A DNA stretch of 37,517 nt from a bacterium (GCA_043779265.1 JAYWEM010000118.1:1-37517), one strand, 5' to 3'. Shown: positions 25,786 to 35,636, counted from the stretch's first letter. Program-made: numbers and translations. Notes: generated by a model not told the origin, from the sequence alone.

Positions 25786-27971
25786 GCGACGATCCGGTCG
25801 AGGCGGCCGTCCTCGCTTACCTCGAGCGGCGCGATTCCGAGCCTCTCCTGACCCCCGAGGCGTTCGCCGCGGCCCAGCTCGAGTCGCAATCGGCGATCCT
25901 CACTGGCATCCGAGCCGCGCTCGACCTGGAACGCCTGCTCGCGAGCGACTCGCCCACCGAGCGACGCATCGGACCCTATCGGCTGCTCGGCGAGTTGGGC
26001 CGAGGCGGCATGGGCGTGGTGCATCGCGCCGAGCGCGACGGCCGCGAGGTCGCCATCAAGATCCTGCCGCTGGCGCCTCTGATGGGCGCGCGGATGATGA
26101 CGCGATTCGAGCGCGAGGCCGCGGCACTCGCGCGACTGTCGCACCCCAACATCGTGCGGGTGCATGACTCGGGCGTGCACGAAGGCGTGCCCTATCTGGT
26201 GATGGACCTGATCGAGGGCCGTCCGCTCAGCCAGATCGCCGCATCGCTCGGCGAGCGCGACTCGGTCGCGCTGCTGCGCACGCTCGCCGAGACCGTGCAT
26301 GTGGCGCACACGCAGGGCGTGCTGCATCGCGACATCAAGCCGCAGAACATCCTGGTGCGGGCGGACGGCTCGCCCGTGCTGCTCGATTTCGGACTGAGTG
26401 TGTTCGATGAAGCCTCGAGCCTGACGATGACCGGCGACGTATTGGGGACGCCTCGCTACATGGCACCCGAGCAACTGACCGGCGGCACCATCGACGCACG
26501 CACCGATGTGCATGCGCTGGGCCTCATCCTCTATGAACTGGTGACCGGGCAACCGGCGCACGATCCCGGCACGCGTGAGGCGGCGTTCGACTCGGTGCGG
26601 CAGGGCCGCATCGCATCACCCCGCACCCATCGGCCGCAGATCACTCGTTCGCTCGAGGCGGTGATCCTCACCACACTCGCGCGCGACCCTGCCGGCCGCT
26701 ATCCCGATGCCGCCGCCCTCGCCGCCGACCTCGCACGTTGCGAGCGCGGCGAGCCGACCTGGGCGAAGCCCGCGAGCGCCGCGACACGGATCGCGCAGTC
26801 GCTGCTGAGCGCGCCCGCTCGATTGCGCTCGGCGCTTCGCACCACGCTGTCGGCGCCGCCCGAGGACCGCCACCGCGCCGGCGCACTCATCGACAGCGCC
26901 GTGCGGGCATGGGCCGACGGCGAACGCGATGCGGCGTGCCGTCAGCTCGATCAGGCGCACCGGCTCGACCGGCGCGAACCCACCGCCGCGCTGCTGTTGG
27001 CCCACCTCGAGGGGCGAATGCTGCCGCAGGGTTCACCCGAGGCAGCGGCTCTCGCCTCGGCGCTGCGGCATCACGAGGCGGGTGAGCATCGCCTCGCGCT
27101 GACGGAGCTGCCCTCGGCCGACTCGGGCGATGTGCGCGCCTCGCTGCGTTCCGCGATCGCCGGGCTGTCGTCGGCGCATGCCGGCGACGACGCGCAGGCG
27201 TTCGAGGAACTCACCACCGCCGCCCGTCTGCTGCCGGGCTCGAAGCGCATCCAGCGCACGCTCGCGCTCGTCTGTCAGCGTCTCGGTCGGCTGGATGACG
27301 CGGTGCGCGCGCACGCGCGCGCGCTCGAGCTCTCGCCCGATTCGGCGGACGGCTGGGCCGATCTCGCCGAGGTGCACGTGAAGCAGCGCGCTGTGCAAGA
27401 GGGGATGCACGCGCTGGCGCGCGCGGAAGCGCTGGCCTCGGGCGAGCGGCCGCGCCTGCTGCGCATCCATGGCAGCCTCGAGATCCTCACCGGCCGGCCG
27501 CTCGAAGCGAAGCTGCTGCTGGGCCGCGCGCTCGAACTCGATCCCGAGGATGCCGAGTCGCGCTTCGGACTCGCCTACGCGCTCGACAGCGATCACGACA
27601 TGGCGGCGGCGGCGATCGCCTACGAACACGTGCTCGAGGTGGCCCCGGGACACGTGCACTCGCTCGTCTGCCTCGCCAACCTCCACTCCGGCGCTTCGCG
27701 CGGCCAGTGCCGACGATGCGACGAGTTCTATGCGGCGCACCCCGATCACTTCGACCCGCGCCGCGCCGAGGCCTACCTGCTGCGCGCCTTCGAGTCCGAC
27801 CGTGGCGCCGACGACTGGGCGACGCGGACGGCGCGCGACATCGCACTTCGGCTCGAGGATCGCGCGAGCGTGATCGCGCTGCTCACGCGACTGACGCAGG
27901 GCGCCGCGCGCACGCCGGCCGTGCTGCGCTTGGAAGAGGCCCTGCGCCGAGTGCAGTTCCTCGCCGGCTGA
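25782..27971 (+). CDS. Hanks-type Ser/Thr protein kinase with C-terminal TPR repeats
   Basis: Motifs GELGRGGMGVV, VAIK, HRDIKPQN, DFG and GTPRYMAPEQ. TPRs such as RALELSPDSADGWADLA and RALELDPEDAESRFGLA. Confidence 0.93.
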   Translation: MSDDPVEAAVLAYLERRDSEPLLTPEAFAAAQLESQSAILTGIRAALDLERLLASDSPTERRIGPYRLLGELGRGGMGVVHRAERDGREVAIKILPLAPLMGARMMTRFEREAAALARLSHPNIVRVHDSGVHEGVPYLVMDLIEGRPLSQIAASLGERDSVALLRTLAETVHVAHTQGVLHRDIKPQNILVRADGSPVLLDFGLSVFDEASSLTMTGDVLGTPRYMAPEQLTGGTIDARTDVHALGLILYELVTGQPAHDPGTREAAFDSVRQGRIASPRTHRPQITRSLEAVILTTLARDPAGRYPDAAALAADLARCERGEPTWAKPASAATRIAQSLLSAPARLRSALRTTLSAPPEDRHRAGALIDSAVRAWADGERDAACRQLDQAHRLDRREPTAALLLAHLEGRMLPQGSPEAAALASALRHHEAGEHRLALTELPSADSGDVRASLRSAIAGLSSAHAGDDAQAFEELTTAARLLPGSKRIQRTLALVCQRLGRLDDAVRAHARALELSPDSADGWADLAEVHVKQRAVQEGMHALARAEALASGERPRLLRIHGSLEILTGRPLEAKLLLGRALELDPEDAESRFGLAYALDSDHDMAAAAIAYEHVLEVAPGHVHSLVCLANLHSGASRGQCRRCDEFYAAHPDHFDPRRAEAYLLRAFESDRGADDWATRTARDIALRLEDRASVIALLTRLTQGAARTPAVLRLEEALRRVQFLAG

Positions 27972-28092
27972 GCCGCGCGGCTGCCAGCGGCGGCCGCCCG
28001 ATAAAAGAGTGTCCCGGCGCCGCCCGGAATCCTTCTCTAAGAGGAGAGGGTCCGGCACCCGAGCCAGGCCCCAGCCCCCGAGGAGGCCTGCC

Positions 28093-31000
28093 ATGTCATT
28101 GCGCCCCATGCTCTTGCCGGTTCTGCTCGCAGCCCTGTGGGGGGCGCCCGCCGCCTCTCAGGATGCCCCCGCCACACAGCGCCAGCCACGCGCCGAGCCC
28201 ACCGAGATCCTGGTCCACTTCCGCCCCGGCACGCCGATGAGCGTGCGGGCGCTGATCGCCCAGCGCCACGGCGGCAGCATCGTCAAGAGCAACGCGGTGC
28301 TCGGCTACGACAAGATCCGCCTGATCGGAACGCGCTCGCTCGCGGCCGCGCGCGCCGGGCTCGAGGGCGAGCCGAGCGTGCGCGTGGCCGAGCCCAACGG
28401 CAGCTACGGCACGCAGTCGTGCACGGCCTGCCCGCAGGACCCGTTCCTGCGGCCGCTGCATGACCCGCTCTCGAGCGGCGAGCATCAGTGGGGTGTGTTC
28501 ACGAGCGGCGTGCCGTGGCTGTGGCGGCAAGGCGGCGGTGGCGATGCCGGGATCAAGATCGCCATCATCGACACCGGGATCGACGACTTCGCCTCGCCGC
28601 ATCCCGATCTCGCCGCGAACGTTCACCCGATCGGCTACGACTTCATCGGGCTCGACGCCGACCCGACCGATGCCGGCGCCTACCGTGGCCACGGCACGCA
28701 CGTAGCCGGCATCGCGGCCGCCGCGGCGAACGGCACCGGCATCGCGGGCGTCGCGTACGCGTGCAAGCTGATCATCGTGCGCGTGCTCGACTGCGCCGCT
28801 GCGAACGACTGCCCCGGCAGCTACGACGCGGTCGCCGACGGCATCCAGTACGCCGCGGACCAGGGCGCCCGTGTCCTCAACCTGAGCCTCGGCGGGCGCG
28901 ACCCCTCCCCCACGGTGCGCAAGGCGGTGCAGTACGCGATCGCTCGCGGCTGCATCGTGGTGGCCGCCGCCGGCAACGACAGCGAGACGACGCTCAGCTA
29001 CCCCGCGGCCTACCCCGAGGTGATCGCGGTCGGCGCCAGCGACTCACTCGACCAGGTGCCCGCCTTCTCCAACTCGGGTCCGGGACTCGACCTCGTCGCG
29101 CCCGGCACGCGGATCCTCAGCACCTGGCCGGGGCCCGGCTATCTGCGCGCCTCCGGCACGTCGCAGGCCACGCCACTCGTCGCGGGCGTCGCCGCCATCG
29201 TCGCCTCTCGCAACCCGAAGATCACGAGTGAGGAGATGGAGTCCTATCTGAGAAGCCACGCCACACCACTCGCCGCGGCGAATGCCGATCGCGATGGCGA
29301 GGGCCGACTCTCGTTCCCGTGGCTCTCCGACTGGAGCGACCTGCCGCCGCCCTATGGCGCCGCGGGGCATGGCGGCTTCCTGTGGGAGTGGCTCGGGTTC
29401 GACGCCTCGGCGGAAGGCTCGATCTTCGATCTCTACGACACCGACTTCCGTCCCAACATCGGCGCGCCGCATCACACCGACGGCTACGACGATGGCGTCT
29501 TCCCCGCCTCGATCCCGCGGCTGCCGTTGCTGCCGGCGCACTTCGCGCCCGGAGCGGCGCTCGATGTCGGATTGAGCGTGTCGCGGTTCGACGGGCCGCG
29601 CTACGGCGCCGACCCCCTGAAGAGCCTGCATCTCGACATGTGGATCGATTGGGATGGCGACGGCCTGTTCGAGCAGAGCGTGCCTGCCAGTGCTGAGCAT
29701 GTCGTGGTCGACCACGTCGAGAATCCGGCGACCTGGGGCGGCAACGGCAAGTTGGCGACCCGGCCGATCGCTCCCGTCGCCGAGCACATCCGCGGCAATC
29801 CCCTGCGGGTGCGCACACGGCTCGCCTATGGCGCCAGCGCGGGCTCGCCGGATGCGTTCTCCTACTACGGCGAGGTCGAGGACGACCACTTCATCAACTT
29901 CGTCGAGGACTTCGATGTCACGCGCCGCGTGCACTCGCCGGGCGTCTACACGATCACCGACTCGTGGTCGATCTCGCCCGATCCGTGGAACGGTTGCTCC
30001 CACCGTGGGCAGCACCAGCTCGCGAGATCGGCCCATCCGGCGATCGGGGCGCCGTGCAATGGCTTCATCGAGCGCATCAACGTCCTGGCCACGCCCACGA
30101 TGGACTGGTCGGAGTACACCCGGGCGAGTGTCGCCTTCTGGTACTGCCACTCGGCGAGCAACTGCAGCCCAGCGGGCGAGTTCTGTCGGGTGCGGATCGA
30201 CACCTCGGGCGTCAAGCACGACATCAGTCCCATCCCGACCGGCACCGGCATGCTCACGCTCGACCTCACGCCCTTCGTCGGCAGCGAAGCGGTGATCATC
30301 GAGTTCGTCGAGCACACCGACTGGAACGGGAGGCTCGCAATCGACGACCTCGTCGTCTCAGCGTATGACGACAGTCCGCCGAGCCCGGTCACCAATCTGT
30401 TCGCCGATCGTCTCGGCGGTTCCAAACGTATCGACCTGCTGTGGACCGCGCCGCGGGACAACGGCACCGTGCCGGCCGTGACGACCCAGCAGCTCGCGAG
30501 TCTGTACGACGTCCGCTACCACACCGCGCCGATCACGTCGGAGGCCGCGTGGGATGCGGCCCAGCGCGTGGATCCGCGCGAGGTGCTGGGCGCTGCGCTC
30601 GTGCCCGGAACGGCGGGCACCTCGCAGTCGAATCGGATCGCCGCCCCCTCGGCGTTCCAGACCTACTTCCTCGCGCTGCGGACGGGCGATGAAGTGGTGA
30701 GCTTGTCGCCCACGTCCAACTCGCCCTCGGTCGGCGCATTGCCGACGCTCGATGTCGCCGTCACGGGATTCCCGGACACGCTGCTCACACCGGGCGACAC
30801 CGCCGACGTGCGGTTCGTGGTCAAGAACGTGGGCAATGCACCGGACACCTACGCCATCGAGGCGACCGACACGCAGGGCTGGCCGCTGCTCGGGCTGCCC
30901 TCGGCGATCGCGCTCGAGCCCGCCGCCGAACAGGTGTTCGTGTTGCCGGTCGTGACCTCAGGCGGTGGCGGCGATCGCGACAGCGTGCGCCTCGTGGCGT

Positions 31001-31371
31001 GGTCGCTCGCCGACAGCAGCGTGCGGGCCGAGGCCGAGAGCATTGTCGAGACGACCGCCACCACCGATGTCGGCAGCGGACTGGTGAGCTTGGCCGCTCC
31101 CGGGCTGCACTCGATCGGGCCGAACCCATTCCGCAGCGAGGTGCGCTTCGAGTTGCGGGCCTCGCGCTCGGAACTCACGTCGGTCGGCGTCTACGACCTG
31201 AGCGGGCGACTGGTCCGCCGACTCGTCGATCGCGTCGTGTCGGCTGGCCTGCACACGCTGACTTGGGACGGGCGTGATGCCAACGGCGGCTCGGTCGCCA
31301 GCGGCGTCTACTACCTGAAGTTGAGGACAGCGGGGATCGAGCAGTCCCGCGGCCTGCTGCGAGTGCGGTAG
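28093..31371 (+). CDS. Exported S8 (subtilase) serine protease with GEVED, Fn3/Ig-like and C-terminal FlgD-Ig domains
   Basis: SD AGGAGG and signal peptide. Triad motifs IIDTG, HGTHVAG and GTSQATP plus AAGND. WIDWDGDG...GEVED. C-terminal PNPF...WDGRD...SGVYY. Confidence 0.93.
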   Translation: MSLRPMLLPVLLAALWGAPAASQDAPATQRQPRAEPTEILVHFRPGTPMSVRALIAQRHGGSIVKSNAVLGYDKIRLIGTRSLAAARAGLEGEPSVRVAEPNGSYGTQSCTACPQDPFLRPLHDPLSSGEHQWGVFTSGVPWLWRQGGGGDAGIKIAIIDTGIDDFASPHPDLAANVHPIGYDFIGLDADPTDAGAYRGHGTHVAGIAAAAANGTGIAGVAYACKLIIVRVLDCAAANDCPGSYDAVADGIQYAADQGARVLNLSLGGRDPSPTVRKAVQYAIARGCIVVAAAGNDSETTLSYPAAYPEVIAVGASDSLDQVPAFSNSGPGLDLVAPGTRILSTWPGPGYLRASGTSQATPLVAGVAAIVASRNPKITSEEMESYLRSHATPLAAANADRDGEGRLSFPWLSDWSDLPPPYGAAGHGGFLWEWLGFDASAEGSIFDLYDTDFRPNIGAPHHTDGYDDGVFPASIPRLPLLPAHFAPGAALDVGLSVSRFDGPRYGADPLKSLHLDMWIDWDGDGLFEQSVPASAEHVVVDHVENPATWGGNGKLATRPIAPVAEHIRGNPLRVRTRLAYGASAGSPDAFSYYGEVEDDHFINFVEDFDVTRRVHSPGVYTITDSWSISPDPWNGCSHRGQHQLARSAHPAIGAPCNGFIERINVLATPTMDWSEYTRASVAFWYCHSASNCSPAGEFCRVRIDTSGVKHDISPIPTGTGMLTLDLTPFVGSEAVIIEFVEHTDWNGRLAIDDLVVSAYDDSPPSPVTNLFADRLGGSKRIDLLWTAPRDNGTVPAVTTQQLASLYDVRYHTAPITSEAAWDAAQRVDPREVLGAALVPGTAGTSQSNRIAAPSAFQTYFLALRTGDEVVSLSPTSNSPSVGALPTLDVAVTGFPDTLLTPGDTADVRFVVKNVGNAPDTYAIEATDTQGWPLLGLPSAIALEPAAEQVFVLPVVTSGGGGDRDSVRLVAWSLADSSVRAEAESIVETTATTDVGSGLVSLAAPGLHSIGPNPFRSEVRFELRASRSELTSVGVYDLSGRLVRRLVDRVVSAGLHTLTWDGRDANGGSVASGVYYLKLRTAGIEQSRGLLRVR

Positions 31372-31503
31372 TCGGGGGACTGCCGGCTCGTCAGGACGCA
31401 CGAGTTCCCGGTGGGTGGGCCCGGTCGGGTCCATCGCCCACTGCCGGGTCTCGGCGTCCGCGCGACTCGCGCGCGGGGCGCCCTCCTCGTTAGAGTGCGC
31501 ACC

Positions 31504-34188
31504 ATGACCCTCTCCAGCGGTGCACGGCTCGGACCCTACGAGATCCTCTCCCCACTCGGCTCGGGCGGCATGGGCGAGGTCTATCGCGCCCGCGACGCGC
31601 GGCTCGGGCGCGACGTCGCGATCAAGGTGCTCCCCGAGCACCTCTCGCTCCACCCCGAAGTGCGCGCCCGATTCGAGCGCGAGGCCAAGACCGTCTCGTC
31701 GCTCAACCATCCCAACATCTGCACGCTGTTCGATGTCGGCCGAGAAGGCGACAAGGACTACCTCGTGATGGAGTTGGTCGAGGGCGAGTCGTTGGCGCAA
31801 CGCCTCGCCAAGGGCGCGCTGCCGATGGGCGACGTGCTGCGGATCGGGGCGCAGATCGCCGACGCACTCGATCGCGCCCACCGCGCCGGCGTCATCCATC
31901 GCGACCTGAAGCCCGCCAACGTGATGCTGGCCAAGAACGGCGCCAAGCTCATGGACTTCGGGCTCGCCCGCGAGACCGGCATGGCGGGCCCGGGCAGCGG
32001 CTCGCGCCTCTCGGCGATGTCGCAATCGCCCACGCGCGCAGCGCCCCTGACCACCGAGGGCACCATCATCGGGACGTTCCAGTACATGGCGCCCGAACAG
32101 TTGGAAGGCGTCGAGGCCGACGCACGCTGCGACCTGTGGGCGCTCGGCTGCGTGCTGCACGAGATGGCCACCGGCCAGCGCGCCTTCGAGGGCCGCAGTC
32201 AGGCGTCATTGATCTCGGCGATCATGACCGCGCAACCCGCGCCGGTCTCGCAACTCGTGCCGCTCGCCCCTGCGGCGCTCGATCGCCTGGTGAGCCGCTG
32301 CCTCGCCAAGGACGTGGACGATCGCTGGCAGTCGGCGCGCGACCTCATGCACGAACTGCGCGCCATCGGCGAGCCGGGCACAGGCAGCGTCACGGGCGCG
32401 CCGGCGGTGGCGCGTTCCACGCGGCGAGGCGCGAGCCTGTGGCAGGCGGTCGCGGTCGCGGCGGCGGCGTTCGCCGCGGGGGCCGCACTCATCCTGCTGC
32501 TGCAGCGAGGTGAGCCGGACGTGGGCCCCTTCGTGCTCGACGTGCCGTTGCCTTCGGGCCAGACCATGGTCGGCGGCGCCGGCGACATCGCGCTCTCGCC
32601 CGATGGCCGCACCATCGTGCTCTCGCTGCGTGACTCCGCGGGCGTCGCGCGACTCTGGCAGCGGCCGTTGGACGGCAAGCCGGCCACGCCCATCGAGGGC
32701 ACCGAGGGCGCCGTGATGCCGTTCTGGTCCCCCGATGGCAAGTCCATCGGCTTCTTCGGCGGCGAGAACCTGCGACGCGTGCGGCTCGCAGGAGGCACCT
32801 CGCAGGTGCTGTGCCGAGCGGCCGGCGGTCGCGGCGCCAGCTGGGGGGCGAATGGCGACATCCTGTTCACGCCCGGCGCCGAAGGGCCTGTCTTCCGCGT
32901 CTCCGACCAGGGCGGCACGCCCGTGGCGGTGACCACGGTGGATACGGCGCGCGGCGAGATCGGACATCGCTACGCGCGGCTTCTGCCGGATGGACGGCGA
33001 TTCCTCTACGCGACGCTGCCCGCCAAGGAGGGCGAGCACGAGATCTTCCTCGGGGAACTCGGCTCGACGAAATCCAAGTTCGTGATGCGCGCCGACGGCG
33101 TGCCCACCTACACGCGCGACGGCTGGCTGATCCACCGGCGCAACCGCCTGTTGGCCGCGCAGCGCTTCGACCCGGGCTCGGCCAAGCTGACCGGTGCTCC
33201 GATCCCCCTGTTCGAAGTGGGCACCCTGGTCGGGATCCAGGCCACGCCGACCGCCTGGTGCACGGAGGGCGGCCTCCTGCTCACGCTCAACGCCACCAGC
33301 ACCCGCTCGGAACTGACGGTGCGGAGTCGCGGCGGCGAACGACTGCAGGCGCCGATGCTCGTGAACAGCATGATCGACCCGGCCCTCTCGCCCGATGGCC
33401 GCCGACTCGTCTTCTCGCAGGGCACACCGACCTCCACGTCCAGTTCCGGCTGGAACCTGTGGACATTCGACCTCGCGCGCGGCCTCGCCAGCCAACTCAC
33501 ATTCGACGGCAGCGGCTGCTTCAGCCCGAACTGGTCGCCCGATGGCCGCGAGGTCGTCTACCACTCCAACGTGGCCGGCTCGTATGCGCTGTATGTGAAG
33601 GCCGTGGACAGCGGGGCCGCGCCGCGACTCCTGTTCAAACCCGACGGCCTCACGATCAATGCGAACGATTGGACGAGAGACGGCCAGTACGTGCTCTACT
33701 CGGTCACAGACTCCAAAACGGCCGAGGACGTGCACTTGCTCTCGATGGATGGCAGCGGCCGGACGAGGCCGCTGTTGACGACTGCCGCGAACGAAGATGG
33801 CGCGAAGGTCTCACCCGATGGCCGCTGGATGGTCTACCAATCGGACGAGAGCGGTCGCACGGAGGTCTACGTGGCCTCGTTCCCGGGACTCGGCTCCAAA
33901 CGACAGGTGTCGCTGGCCGGTGGTGCGGATGCGCGTTGGCGGAGTGACGGACGGCAGATCCAGTTCGTCGCAGCGGGCGGGGCGACCATGGGCACTGAGG
34001 TCCGGCTGGGCGATGACATCGAAACAGCGGAGCCCGTGAGCCTGGTGCCCCCCTCTGGCGGGTTCAGGTGGTGGGCCGGGACGACCGATGACGGCCGGTT
34101 CATCTTCTTCGAACCGCTCATCGGCTCGCGGGAGTTCCAGCCCATCGCGGTCATCGGATGGCGGAAACTTCTCGAGTCCTCGAAGTGA
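31504..34188 (+). CDS. Membrane Ser/Thr kinase with extracytoplasmic PD40/TolB-like beta-propellers
   Basis: Motifs GSGGMGEVY, VAIK, HRDLKPAN, DFG and YMAPEQ. TM helix near aa 310-335. Many SPDGR/SPDGK repeats. TAGAGT lies 7 nt before the ATG. Confidence 0.93.
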   Translation: MTLSSGARLGPYEILSPLGSGGMGEVYRARDARLGRDVAIKVLPEHLSLHPEVRARFEREAKTVSSLNHPNICTLFDVGREGDKDYLVMELVEGESLAQRLAKGALPMGDVLRIGAQIADALDRAHRAGVIHRDLKPANVMLAKNGAKLMDFGLARETGMAGPGSGSRLSAMSQSPTRAAPLTTEGTIIGTFQYMAPEQLEGVEADARCDLWALGCVLHEMATGQRAFEGRSQASLISAIMTAQPAPVSQLVPLAPAALDRLVSRCLAKDVDDRWQSARDLMHELRAIGEPGTGSVTGAPAVARSTRRGASLWQAVAVAAAAFAAGAALILLLQRGEPDVGPFVLDVPLPSGQTMVGGAGDIALSPDGRTIVLSLRDSAGVARLWQRPLDGKPATPIEGTEGAVMPFWSPDGKSIGFFGGENLRRVRLAGGTSQVLCRAAGGRGASWGANGDILFTPGAEGPVFRVSDQGGTPVAVTTVDTARGEIGHRYARLLPDGRRFLYATLPAKEGEHEIFLGELGSTKSKFVMRADGVPTYTRDGWLIHRRNRLLAAQRFDPGSAKLTGAPIPLFEVGTLVGIQATPTAWCTEGGLLLTLNATSTRSELTVRSRGGERLQAPMLVNSMIDPALSPDGRRLVFSQGTPTSTSSSGWNLWTFDLARGLASQLTFDGSGCFSPNWSPDGREVVYHSNVAGSYALYVKAVDSGAAPRLLFKPDGLTINANDWTRDGQYVLYSVTDSKTAEDVHLLSMDGSGRTRPLLTTAANEDGAKVSPDGRWMVYQSDESGRTEVYVASFPGLGSKRQVSLAGGADARWRSDGRQIQFVAAGGATMGTEVRLGDDIETAEPVSLVPPSGGFRWWAGTTDDGRFIFFEPLIGSREFQPIAVIGWRKLLESSK

Positions 34189-34712
34189 GCGCAGCGCCCG
34201 GCGCGAGTCTGACCGACACGCTGTGCACGCAGTGCGGCCTGTGCTGTGACGGCACGCTGTTCGCCGACGTCGAGCTGGCTGGCCCAGCCGAGGCCGCACG
34301 GCTCGAGACGCTGGGGCTCGATATCCTCGAAGACGGCGACGACAGCGCGCAGATGCAGCTGCCGTGCGCCGGCCTGAAGGGCACGAGGTGCAGCGTGTAC
34401 GCGCACCGGCCGCGCTGCTGCCGGAGCTTCGAATGCCAGCTGCTGATCGACACGCGCGCAGGCGCGGTCTCGGTTCCGCGCGCGATGGCGCGCATCCGTA
34501 AGACGCGCACGCAGGTGGGGCTCGTCAAGCGTCTGCTGGGGCCGCCCGCCGCGGACGCCGAGCGGCTGCCGCTCTCCGAGCGCTGCGCCGAGGCGATGGC
34601 TGGAGAGAGCGACGATCGGGCGCACGTCCGCCACCGCAACGCCAAGCTGACGGCCGCGATGGCCGCCGTCGAGCGGTCGCTCCGGGCCGCGTTCAGGGCC
34701 CGTCCAGGCTGA
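34185..34712 (+). CDS. YkgJ family CxxCxxCC cysteine-cluster protein
   Basis: LCTQCGLCCDG...PC...CSVYAHRPRCCRSFEC. GTGA overlap with the kinase stop. Confidence 0.85.
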   Translation: MSAAPGASLTDTLCTQCGLCCDGTLFADVELAGPAEAARLETLGLDILEDGDDSAQMQLPCAGLKGTRCSVYAHRPRCCRSFECQLLIDTRAGAVSVPRAMARIRKTRTQVGLVKRLLGPPAADAERLPLSERCAEAMAGESDDRAHVRHRNAKLTAAMAAVERSLRAAFRARPG

Positions 34713-34732
34713 TCGCCCTCGGTGGATTCCGC

Positions 34733-34761
34733 TTACCGCACGCTCGGAGCGGGCCTAGCCT
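34733..34761 (+). promoter_or_regulatory. Putative sigma70 promoter TTACCG-N17-TAGCCT
   Basis: Correct spacing upstream of the lamin-tail gene; the -35 match is weak. Confidence 0.4.
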
Positions 34762-34917
34762 GCAATCACTCCGCAGAGGCGTGACGCCTCCTTCGCCGCC
34801 GGCACCGGTGCGCGCTCGAGACCCCGCCACCTGCGCCGAAGCATCGTCACGACCCGACGCCGCGGACACGAACGCGCGGTGCCGTGCTCGGCCCCCCCTC
34901 ACCAGGAGCGACCCATC

Positions 34918-35580
34918 ATGAAGCGAACCATCACCCTCGCCCTCTCGCTCGCCGTCACGTGCATCGCCTCGAGCGCCTTCGCCGTCGGGAACGTCGTCGT
35001 CAGCCAGATCTACGGTGGTGGCGGCAACACCGGCGCCCCGTGGACCAACGACTACGTCGAGATCCACAACCGCAGTGGCGGCCCCGTGAACGTGAGCGGC
35101 TGGAGCGTGCAGTACGCCTCGGCCACCGGATCGTCGTGGTCCGTCCAGGCGATCCCGGCGGCCACCATCCTCCCGGCCGGCAGCTACGGCCTGATCAAGC
35201 TCGCCACCGGCGGTGCCGTGGGCACGCCGCTCGTCGTCGCCTGCCAGATCGCTCCCGCGGGCGGCGCGGCGGGCAGCATCAACATGTCGGCGACCGCGGG
35301 TAGGGTGGCCCTGACCAGCAACGCGGTTGCACTCACGGGGACCTGCCCGACCGGTGGCGCCATCGTGGACTTCGTCGGCTACGGCACGACGGCCAACTGC
35401 AACGAGACCGCCAACGCACCGGCGGCCAGCAACACGACGGCGCTGCAACGCAAGAACGCCGGCGGACTCGACACCGACAACAACAGCACCGACTTCACCA
35501 CCGGCAGCGCGGTGCCGTGCTCGCTGCCCACGCCGGCTCGGTCGAACACCTGGGGCCAGGTCAAGACCATCTATCGCTGA
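34918..35580 (+). CDS. Exported lamin-tail-domain (LTD) protein with C-terminal TWGxxKxxYR tail
   Basis: SD AGGAG and signal peptide. LTD motifs VVVSQIYGGGGN...NDYVEIHN...GWSVQYAS, VDFVGYG and DTDNNSTDF. Confidence 0.88.
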   Translation: MKRTITLALSLAVTCIASSAFAVGNVVVSQIYGGGGNTGAPWTNDYVEIHNRSGGPVNVSGWSVQYASATGSSWSVQAIPAATILPAGSYGLIKLATGGAVGTPLVVACQIAPAGGAAGSINMSATAGRVALTSNAVALTGTCPTGGAIVDFVGYGTTANCNETANAPAASNTTALQRKNAGGLDTDNNSTDFTTGSAVPCSLPTPARSNTWGQVKTIYR

Positions 35581-35603
35581 CACGCTTCGTCGCCGCCAAC
35601 GCA

Positions 35604-35636
35604 ACAGCCCCGTCCGGGAGATCCGGGCGGGGCTGT
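35604..35636. terminator. 14-bp stem hairpin between convergent genes
   Basis: ACAGCCCCGTCCGG-GAGAT-CCGGGCGGGGCTGT with one G-U pair. No U-tract. Confidence 0.6.

Noticed and set aside
31407..31448. Imperfect hairpin after the S8 gene as an ncRNA
   Set aside because: Short and bulged. At most a terminator or stabiliser.
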